From a virus (lineage: Duplodnaviria; Caudoviricetes), in IMG/VR virus record IMGVR_UViG_3300033571_014797, positions 2,145 through 66,144 of that record: 64,000 nt of DNA; one strand, 5' to 3'. This document shows positions 50,138 to 56,133 of this stretch, piece by piece; position 1 is the stretch's first letter, and each line of letters begins with the position of its first letter. Made by a program: the position numbers and the translations under genes. The notes beneath the pieces are model-generated. The model did not search any database and was not told where the DNA came from. It saw only the letters and a list, made by a program, of their open reading frames with translations.

Positions 50138-50365
50138 TTAAACAAAGTCAAAGGCGTATTCAGCGCCAACCTTGCTGACGACCACATGCTCCAACCCATG
50201 TTCTTGGGTAAGCGCATGAAAGATCTTGCGAGCTACATCTTCGTCACACTTTACAAACAAAGTGCTGGAGAACCAGTTAGCAATCGCAGGCAGCATATAG
50301 CCTGTTGAAGGATTATACAAGCAACGATCAATCTGGGCCAAAACTTCAGTTTCAAAGCTAGACAT
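50138..50365 (-). CDS. Hypothetical early protein
   Basis: AAGGAG RBS. Confidence 0.6.
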   Translation of the reverse strand: MSSFETEVLAQIDRCLYNPSTGYMLPAIANWFSSTLFVKCDEDVARKIFHALTQEHGLEHVVVSKVGAEYAFDFV

Positions 50366-50370
50366 TTTGT

Positions 50371-50619
50371 TTACTCCTTGTCGCGGAACGTAACACGGAA
50401 TTTCATCATATTCAAGTTCTGCTCAGTACCGCAGAGCTCTACCGTGCTAGTGTCCATTGAACGATAATACTCAAGCATAATCCACGGAACCAACTCGCCA
50501 GCAGCGTTACGGGCAAGGCGTATGTTTTTAACTTCGCCCCGTACCGTACCAATCATGCTTTCCCAACGCACCCGGTCACCAATCTTGAGACCTATTGCAT
50601 TTACATTGCTGGGGATCAT
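50371..50619 (-). CDS. Hypothetical early protein (SH3-like)
   Basis: LKIGDRVRW; GAGGAG RBS. Confidence 0.6.
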   Translation of the reverse strand: MIPSNVNAIGLKIGDRVRWESMIGTVRGEVKNIRLARNAAGELVPWIMLEYYRSMDTSTVELCGTEQNLNMMKFRVTFRDKE

Positions 50620-50671
50620 TGCTTGCTCCTCATTGCCCTATATACACATAATAAGCCCAATATATAGGACG

Positions 50672-50791
50672 TCAACCGTTTTTTGGGTGCTTTTCCTTGC
50701 GGACGTAAGCGCCCTTGCCCTTACGGGCTTTGAGAACCCGCTTGCGAAACAAGGGGTTAGCGAGTGCTTTAGCGTATGGATTTTTGGTCAT
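50672..50791 (-). CDS. arfA: ArfA-like alternative ribosome rescue factor (39 aa)
   Basis: MTKNPYAKALANPLFRKRVLKARKGKGAYVRKEKHPKNG vs E. coli ArfA [37 protein letters not shown]; own promoter. Confidence 0.8.
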   Translation of the reverse strand: MTKNPYAKALANPLFRKRVLKARKGKGAYVRKEKHPKNG

Positions 50792-50805
50792 TTCTAGCCC
50801 CTTTC

Positions 50806-50950
50806 TCATAGTACCATTATATAGCGATTTTGGGCCCAGTCAACCCCTAAAATGTAACAAAAACAGTTACATAAGTTACTGAAATTATTACAATTTTTGA
50901 GCTAAAAATCTGGTTGACTGATCCTATTTTGAGCATATTATAGTGGTATA
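50806..50950. promoter_or_regulatory. Divergent sigma70-like early promoters with TGTAAC-N7-GTTACA palindrome
   Basis: Leftward GTTGAC..TATAAT; rightward GGTTGACtgATCCTATTTTGAGCATATTATAGT; palindrome at 50853-50871. Confidence 0.7.
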
Positions 50951-50960
50951 AGCAAAGGAG

Positions 50961-51287
50961 ATGGACATGCTTAACAAGGCTTCAATTCTCTCGCTTTTGG
51001 AATCAAACGACCGTGCTATTGCTCGGGCGCTTGTGGTGCTGAATGAGCGCCAAACTGCGGACGAGCAGGTTACCGAACATACACGGCATCAAAATGGTCG
51101 TGGCTTCCGCCCCTGCCATGCTCGTATGGGCACGTCAATGGCCAAGTTCTTCCAGCGTAACGAGTACCTTACTGCCAAGCAGGTTGCTTACTGGCGTAAG
51201 CGGGACCGTGCTGGTAATATGCGGATTGGCATTTATTGGGCCCAGCTGATTGAAGCTGCTCAAGCTAAAGCTGCTAAGGCAGCTTAA
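50961..51287 (+). CDS. Hypothetical early protein
   Basis: AAGGAG RBS; RQTADEQ..T.H.NG.GF. Confidence 0.7.
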   Translation: MDMLNKASILSLLESNDRAIARALVVLNERQTADEQVTEHTRHQNGRGFRPCHARMGTSMAKFFQRNEYLTAKQVAYWRKRDRAGNMRIGIYWAQLIEAAQAKAAKAA

Positions 51288-51354
51288 CCAATTTGGTTGA
51301 CAGTTTGGGTTTTGAACTTATTATAGTGGTATAAGCAGAAACTGGAGCAAACAA

Positions 51355-51531
51355 ATGCAGCGTAATGCTTGGACCTTCTCTCAATACATTGAAGAAATTG
51401 TTCTGCTCAGTGAAATTATAGAAATACCCGGAATGGCGGCCAAGCGGGTCGAGCTTATCCGTGAGGTTTGGAAGAAGTACCCTACAGAATGTTATGACCT
51501 CGGCCTGCGGGATGGCCCTACAGAGGAGTAA
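51355..51531 (+). CDS. Small hypothetical early protein
   Basis: Hand translation MQRNAWTFSQYIEE..; GGAG RBS; promoter at ~51295. Confidence 0.55.
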   Translation: MQRNAWTFSQYIEEIVLLSEIIEIPGMAAKRVELIREVWKKYPTECYDLGLRDGPTEE

Positions 51532-51535
51532 TTCC

Positions 51536-51673
51536 ATGTGGACAGTGACCTACACCTACTATAACAAATATCGCAACGAAAAGCAGTTTGCTAACGAAGT
51601 CAGCGCCAAAAAGTTCTTTTGGTTTATCCAGAAGCAGCGTGGTGTGACCAAGACTGAGATGAGATTTGCGTGA
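51536..51673 (+). CDS. Small hypothetical protein (MWTVTY..)
   Basis: GAGGAG RBS. Confidence 0.5.
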   Translation: MWTVTYTYYNKYRNEKQFANEVSAKKFFWFIQKQRGVTKTEMRFA

Positions 51674-52008
51674 TGGAAAATATCCAACTTTACTACACGT
51701 CATGGTGTAATACTAAAGGCCATGACAAAGTCTGGGGCTACTTCTATCTAGGCGAAAGCAAACATGGACAATATGTAGGCGACTTGCCAATGTTCGTGTT
51801 CTATGGTGCTAGAGGTAAAAGCCTTCAGATTAAAGAACACGTTTATGGTCCTAAACTTATATCTTTGAGACGTAGCAAAGAAAGCAAAGGTTACAAATCT
51901 GTTCCTACAGACGAGTTTTTGGACATTTGTCCAAACTTCTATCAAGAAGTTGACAATAAACTGACTTTTGCTATACTGGGTGGAAACAAATACAAAGCAG
52001 CAAGTTAA
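51670..52008 (+). CDS. WGR-like domain protein
   Basis: HDKVWG..FYGARGK..KESKGY. Confidence 0.55.
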   Translation: MMENIQLYYTSWCNTKGHDKVWGYFYLGESKHGQYVGDLPMFVFYGARGKSLQIKEHVYGPKLISLRRSKESKGYKSVPTDEFLDICPNFYQEVDNKLTFAILGGNKYKAAS

Positions 52009-52020
52009 CAGGAGGTCAGC

Positions 52021-52449
52021 ATGGCATGGGATCAATATGAGGAAGTTTCAGTTGATGAAATGAAAGGCCATGCTTTCTCTCGCATCGAAGTAGATGCAGA
52101 TGACCGCAGTGTAACCTTCTATGGTATGAAGGACCAGCCTTTGTTCCGCATGGAGCATATACAGGACTGTTGTGAGTCTGTGTATCTAGCCGAGGTGATC
52201 GGCAACTGGGACGACCTTATTGGCACTCCTGTATTTGTTGCTGAGTGTGTGAGCAATCATGCAAAACCTCGTGATAATTTGACTATGGATGATGACAAAT
52301 ATTGGGAAGAAGTTGATAGCGAAACTTGGACCTTCTACAAGTTCTCTACCATCAAGGGTAGTGTGACCTTGCGTTGGTATGGTACTAGCAATGGCTACTA
52401 TAGCGAAGGTGTATCAATTATTCCTTGGAGCGAAGACGAAGAGGCATAA
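52021..52449 (+). CDS. Hypothetical phage protein
   Basis: H.QDCCESV..TWTFYKF.T.KG.V.LRW.G.SNGYYSE; AGGAGG RBS. Confidence 0.7.
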   Translation: MAWDQYEEVSVDEMKGHAFSRIEVDADDRSVTFYGMKDQPLFRMEHIQDCCESVYLAEVIGNWDDLIGTPVFVAECVSNHAKPRDNLTMDDDKYWEEVDSETWTFYKFSTIKGSVTLRWYGTSNGYYSEGVSIIPWSEDEEA

Positions 52450-52457
52450 ATTAATGT

Positions 52458-52922
52458 ATGACATATACCGAAACACAATCACGATCTATTGCAAAAACTC
52501 TAACTATTAGAGTTTGTTTTACATTAAGTCATATACTAAATGGCTTTATTGTTAGTGGAGTTTGGTTAACTGGAGTTGTTATTGCCAGTTGGGCAATTCT
52601 AATCAATGCTATTTTGCATTGGCTGCATGAACGTGCTTGGAACTGGGTACAATGGAATCGTAAACCAGGTGATACAATTATGTTTGTTGATGGGCAACCA
52701 CGTACTATCAGCAAGAGTGTTACTTGGCGAGCTTTAATTACTATCAACAACTTCATGATTCCGTATCTAACAACTGGCTCATGGCAAACTGCTCTGGCGT
52801 TCTTAACTGTTGCAACATTATTAAACATTGTTGTTTATTATACACACGAACGAGTATGGAATAAATTTTCTTGGGGCAGAAAATCTTTAGTTGACACAGA
52901 AGAAAACATCGTGTATAAATAA
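52458..52922 (+). CDS. Membrane protein with tandem DUF2061-like repeats
   Basis: Two RS/T..K..T.R...HER.WN units. Confidence 0.7.
   Translation: MTYTETQSRSIAKTLTIRVCFTLSHILNGFIVSGVWLTGVVIASWAILINAILHWLHERAWNWVQWNRKPGDTIMFVDGQPRTISKSVTWRALITINNFMIPYLTTGSWQTALAFLTVATLLNIVVYYTHERVWNKFSWGRKSLVDTEENIVYK
52891..52921 (+). promoter_or_regulatory. Promoter of the leader/tRNA operon
   Basis: TTGACA(52891)-17 nt-TATAAA(52914); the -10 is also an exact TATAAATA late motif. Confidence 0.75.
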
Positions 52923-52951
52923 GAGACAATAAGGAAACAAGGTTCCAAAAA

Positions 52952-53029
52952 ATGTTCAAACGTATGCCCATTAATCATAACTTTACATGCTGGTATGAAG
53001 ATGCCAAGCAAGGGGTTCTGACTATGTGA
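52952..53029 (+). CDS. Putative attenuator leader peptide MFKRMPINHNFTCWYEDAKQGVLTM
   Basis: 25 codons, 19 different amino acids, no non-Met codon repeated; AAGG/AAGGA upstream; 3' end overlaps the antiterminator arm. Confidence 0.75.
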   Translation: MFKRMPINHNFTCWYEDAKQGVLTM

Positions 53030-53058
53030 CATATGTTCACATATGAGTTTGGAACCCC
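53012..53058 (+). promoter_or_regulatory. Antiterminator hairpin
   Basis: GGGGTTCT/GGAACCCC, GACT/AGTT and ATGTGA/TCACAT stems; sequesters the terminator 5' arm. Confidence 0.7.
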
Positions 53059-53085
53059 GAGATAGAAATATCCCGGGGTTTTTTT
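53053..53085 (+). terminator. Intrinsic terminator (attenuator) before the tRNA array
   Basis: AACCCCG-A-GATA GAAA TATC-C-CGGGGTT followed by a T-run. Confidence 0.85.
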
Positions 53086-53095
53086 ATGACAGGCT

Positions 53096-53220
53096 GTTGC
53101 TCCCTCGGCATAAGAGCAACCCTCGACTAGTACGTGGCCATGAATTTGGCGTACAAGTGGTTTCAGCGAGGAAACAAGAAACAGTAATGTTTCTTCACGA
53201 GTGTACCACTAGTGTAGTCG
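53096..53220 (+). ncRNA. Candidate structured ncRNA at the head of the tRNA array
   Basis: GTTGCTC/GAGCAAC hairpin; CGACTA/TAGTCG closing GCCA/TGGC, AGTGGT/ACCACT and AAGAAAC/GTTTCTT stems. Confidence 0.45.
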
Positions 53221-53224
53221 CGAA

Positions 53225-53298
53225 TACCTAGGTCGTTGATCTAAAGGATAGGATGCCTTCGCGTAGGCAATGCGGGTTCGAGTCCCGTACGACAGGTA
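53225..53298 (+). ncRNA. tRNA-like element (atypical anticodon loop, no CCA)
   Basis: T arm GCGGG TTCGAGT CCCGT; TGCCT-N6-AGGCA; GTCGT/ACGAC and TACCT/AGGTA. Confidence 0.55.
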
Positions 53299-53319
53299 CA
53301 CTTCTGAAGAAACTATTAT

Positions 53320-53396
53320 GGCTCCTAAGTCGAAATGGTTAAGACGCTGGCCTGTCACGCCAGAGATAACGGGTTCGATCCCCGTAGGAGTCGCCA
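53320..53396 (+). tRNA. tRNA-Asp(GTC)
   Basis: CTGGC CT GTC AC GCCAG; CCA end. Confidence 0.92.
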
Positions 53397-53397
53397 C

Positions 53398-53473
53398 TCC
53401 AGGATAGTTCAGTCGGTAGAACATCAGACTCTGACTCTGAGTGTCGGTGGTTCGAATCCATCTCCTGGATCCA
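53398..53473 (+). tRNA. tRNA-Gln(CTG)
   Basis: TCAGA CT CTG AC TCTGA; CCA. Confidence 0.92.
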
Positions 53474-53480
53474 AAAGTTT

Positions 53481-53557
53481 GGGGAAGTGCGCTGGAGAGG
53501 CTACAGCAGGGTCTGCAAAACCTTCGAATGTCGGTTCGAATCCGATCTTCCCCTCCA
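53481..53557 (+). tRNA. tRNA-Cys(GCA)
   Basis: GGGT CT GCA AA ACCT; U73; CCA. Confidence 0.88.
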
Positions 53558-53564
53558 ATACAAT

Positions 53565-53640
53565 GGTCCGAATAACGGTTGGTTCCGTCACAAACAAGTC
53601 CAAATTATTTGGTCGGGGTTCGATTCCCTAAGGGCCGCCA
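53565..53640 (+). tRNA. Degenerate tRNA-like gene (Trp CCA?)
   Basis: T arm and GCCA end intact; acceptor and anticodon stems imperfect. Confidence 0.5.
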
Positions 53641-53646
53641 TTTAAT

Positions 53647-53722
53647 GCCGTCAGGGAGGTCTTGGCGATTTCACTGCTCTCATAAGGCAGCTAACTAGGT
53701 TCGATGCCTGGTGACGGCACCA
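53647..53722 (+). tRNA. tRNA-CAT (Met or Ile2)
   Basis: CTGCT CT CAT AA GGCAG; CCA. Confidence 0.85.
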
Positions 53723-53726
53723 ATAT

Positions 53727-53802
53727 CCTAACTTAGTGTTGTTGGTCAGCACGGCTGATTGTGGATCAGCAAGACTAGGTTCGAATCCTAGAGTTAGGAC
53801 CA
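53727..53802 (+). tRNA. tRNA-His(GTG), no G-1, A73
   Basis: GCTGA TT GTG GA TCAGC; CCTAACT/AGTTAGG ACCA. Confidence 0.9.
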
Positions 53803-53821
53803 TATAAAAAATATATACAGT

Positions 53822-54379
53822 ATGCAACTTTTAGAATTTATCGAAACAGTTAATTATCCTAAAACAGACAAATATGATCTGGGTTACATACATGAATTTT
53901 ATAACGACTTGTTTAGTCCTAGGCAACAAACTGTTAAAAATTTATTAGAGATAGGCATGCAAAACGGTTATAGTATGAAACTATGGAGAGATTATTTTGT
54001 TAATGCTGACATATATGGGATAGATATTAACAAATGTGAATCATTAGCAAATCAAAGCCGAATACAACCTATATACAAAAGTGCCTATACTGATGAGGTA
54101 GTTGATAGTTTTGAAAAAAACTTTTTTGATGTCGTCATAGACGATGGCCCCCATACATTTCCTACTATGGAATTCTTTTGTAAAAATTATCTGCCTTTAG
54201 TAAAGCCAGGCGGCTTATTAATACTAGAAGATATTGTAGACATATCTTGGACTGATAAATTTATGCAGATTTTTAATGGTTATGATGCTAAAGTCATACA
54301 TATGGCAGGTTTAGCTAAAACAACTAAACTGCAACAAAAATGGGCGACGGGATTAGATGTAATCGTAGTTCAAAAATAA
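53822..54379 (+). CDS. Class I SAM-dependent O-methyltransferase-like protein
   Basis: TDK..Y; LLEIG..GYS..LWRDYF..IYGIDI; VIDDGPH; PGGLLILED. Confidence 0.8.
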   Translation: MQLLEFIETVNYPKTDKYDLGYIHEFYNDLFSPRQQTVKNLLEIGMQNGYSMKLWRDYFVNADIYGIDINKCESLANQSRIQPIYKSAYTDEVVDSFEKNFFDVVIDDGPHTFPTMEFFCKNYLPLVKPGGLLILEDIVDISWTDKFMQIFNGYDAKVIHMAGLAKTTKLQQKWATGLDVIVVQK

Positions 54380-54384
54380 AGTAA

Positions 54385-54472
54385 GGGAGAGCTGCTCTGA
54401 CGGCGGAAGGGCACCGGACTGTAAATCCGGCACATAGAAACTCAGTTGGTTCGAATCCAACCTCTCCCACCA
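54385..54472 (+). tRNA. tRNA-Tyr(GTA)
   Basis: CCGGA CT GTA AA TCCGG; long variable arm; CCA. Confidence 0.92.
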
Positions 54473-54527
54473 AATAATGTGTTGACACTTACCTTAAAGG
54501 TGTTAATGTAAGCATGTAAGCAAAATA

Positions 54528-54672
54528 AAATGTTATTTGAAAACGTAGCAAACGGTTGTGTACCAGATACTGGCAGGGCAGACAGAGGTTGCTGTTGAAA
54601 TATACAGTGTACGGGTGAAATCCTGGAGGCCATGAGGGATAAACAGGTTTGTTGCGTTTTCAAATAACATTT
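54528..54672 (+). ncRNA. Candidate ncRNA closed by a 26-bp stem
   Basis: AAATGTTATTTGAAAACGTAGCAAAC / GTTTGTTGCGTTTTCAAATAACATTT with two G-U pairs; TTGACA at 54482. Confidence 0.6.
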
Positions 54673-54748
54673 GGACCCTTAGCTCAGTTGGTAGAGCATC
54701 GGACTTTTAATCCGTTGGTCGCCGGTTCGAACCCGGCAGGGTCTACCA
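54673..54748 (+). tRNA. tRNA-Lys(TTT)
   Basis: CGGA CT TTT AA TCCG; CCA. Confidence 0.92.
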
Positions 54749-54754
54749 AAGAAT

Positions 54755-54829
54755 GGGGACAGTAGTGGGTGTACGGATCTCCCTTGCACGGAGATTGTCT
54801 ATAGGGTTCGATTCCCTGGGTCTCCACCA
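54755..54829 (+). tRNA. tRNA-Ala(TGC)
   Basis: TCTCC CT TGC AC GGAGA; G3:U70; weak D arm. Confidence 0.82.
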
Positions 54830-54847
54830 TACACTATAAATATTACT

Positions 54848-55414
54848 ATGCAAGACATTCGTCATTTTATCGACATCTTAGAATCTAAAAATAGACCAAG
54901 CAAGTTATTTTTGGAGAAATTGCCTTACAAAGCATCAGAGCTCGCACCTGTGCTTAGTAAAGAAAATATAGATTATCATTACAACGTACTAAGCAATGGA
55001 TATGTAAATCGATATAACGAAGGCGAAGGAGATCCAGATTTTAATTATGGCGGAGCTATGCTACACAATATATTTTGGCAGCAGTTGCAAGCACCAAAAG
55101 GATCAAATCGTCCTATAGGTATAGTGAAAGAACTAATAGAAGACAAATTTAAGTCATATGATTCATTTGTTGAACAAATGATTACCAGTGCAATGTCTAT
55201 ACAAGGTTCTGGTTGGGTATATTTGTCTAAATCAGGTGACATAAAGACTATACCAAATCAAAATTATAAAACAGATATACTGATGCCCTTAGACATGTGG
55301 GAGCATAGTTTTATGGATTATATTCCAGCTAAGGATGCTAAGAAAAAATACATTACTGCTATGTTACGAATAGTCAATTGGGCAGTTATAAACGATAGAC
55401 TCAATACAAAATAA
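54848..55414 (+). CDS. Fe/Mn superoxide dismutase
   Basis: LPY...L.P, YHY, NYGGAMLHNIFW, QGSGW, DMWEHS. Confidence 0.88.
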   Translation: MQDIRHFIDILESKNRPSKLFLEKLPYKASELAPVLSKENIDYHYNVLSNGYVNRYNEGEGDPDFNYGGAMLHNIFWQQLQAPKGSNRPIGIVKELIEDKFKSYDSFVEQMITSAMSIQGSGWVYLSKSGDIKTIPNQNYKTDILMPLDMWEHSFMDYIPAKDAKKKYITAMLRIVNWAVINDRLNTK

Positions 55415-55420
55415 ATTATC

Positions 55421-55510
55421 GTTGGATCTAGTTACAGGCTTAGGGAAATACCCTTACAAAAACCCTGTCGCAATACTAGACTGCACACGGAACAACACGT
55501 GAGTTCCAGC
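55421..55510 (+). ncRNA. Candidate multibranch ncRNA
   Basis: GTTGGA/TCCAGC, TCTAGT/ACTAGA, ACAGG/CCTGT, AGGG/CCCT, CACG/CGTG. Confidence 0.45.
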
Positions 55511-55520
55511 AAGTTTTTAT

Positions 55521-55596
55521 CAGGGACGACGTAGGGTTAGATTACTCCCGCCCTTGGAAGGCGGGCAACCCGGGGCAGCGCCGGGGTTCCTGACCA
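55521..55596 (+). tRNA. tRNA-Pro(TGG), atypical T loop
   Basis: CCGCC CT TGG AA GGCGG; C1-G72, A73; T loop GGCAGCG. Confidence 0.8.
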
Positions 55597-55602
55597 ATTA
55601 AT

Positions 55603-55676
55603 GCGAGTGTGATGTAATGGTAGCATTACGGTCTCCAAAACCGTCCGTTAGGGTTCAAATCCTTACACTCGTGCCA
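55603..55676 (+). tRNA. tRNA-Trp(CCA)
   Basis: ACGGT CT CCA AA ACCGT; G73; CCA. Confidence 0.92.
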
Positions 55677-55681
55677 AATTT

Positions 55682-55755
55682 GCTTCTGTAGCTCAAAGGT
55701 AGAGCACTCGACTGATAATCGAGAGACGTTGGATCGATACCATCTAGAAGCACCA
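55682..55755 (+). tRNA. tRNA-Ile(GAT)
   Basis: CTCGA CT GAT AA TCGAG; CCA. Confidence 0.9.
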
Positions 55756-55762
55756 AGTTTAT

Positions 55763-55840
55763 TCGCAGGTAGTCATCCAGGTGATGGCGCTCGGCTGTTA
55801 ACCGAGATTGAGATTGGTTCGAGTCCAATCCTGCGAGCCA
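55763..55840 (+). tRNA. tRNA-Asn(GTT)
   Basis: CTCGG CT GTT AA CCGAG; G73; CCA. Confidence 0.9.
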
Positions 55841-55846
55841 TTTTAC

Positions 55847-55921
55847 GGAGCGTTCGTCTATCGGCTAGGACGCTGGCCTTTCAAGCCGGCAAGAGGGGTT
55901 CGATTCCCCTACGCTCTACCA
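55847..55921 (+). tRNA. tRNA-Glu(TTC)
   Basis: CTGGC CT TTC AA GCCGG; CCA. Confidence 0.92.
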
Positions 55922-56017
55922 AAGTTGCTGGACTACTATCCATTGGTTTCTAGATCTGATGGTGTGCTTACCAGTAGAGGATCCCGATCACCTCTATAAA
56001 AACGCGGATGAATTTAT

Positions 56018-56093
56018 GGACCGTTAGCTGAGTTGGTTTTAGCAGGAGACTCTTAATCTCTAGACGGGGGTTCGAATCCCTCACGGTCTACCA
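56018..56093 (+). tRNA. tRNA-Lys(CTT)
   Basis: GGAGA CT CTT AA TCTCT; CCA. Confidence 0.92.
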
Positions 56094-56133
56094 TTAAATT
56101 GCATTTTTAACAAAAGGATGTATACTATAAAAT

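Noticed and set aside
53096-53300. RNase P RNA, tmRNA or YrlA identity for the structured region
   Set aside because: GAGGAAA is not followed by GTCC; there is no tag-ORF or acceptor architecture; D-then-T arm order is not the permuted YrlA layout.
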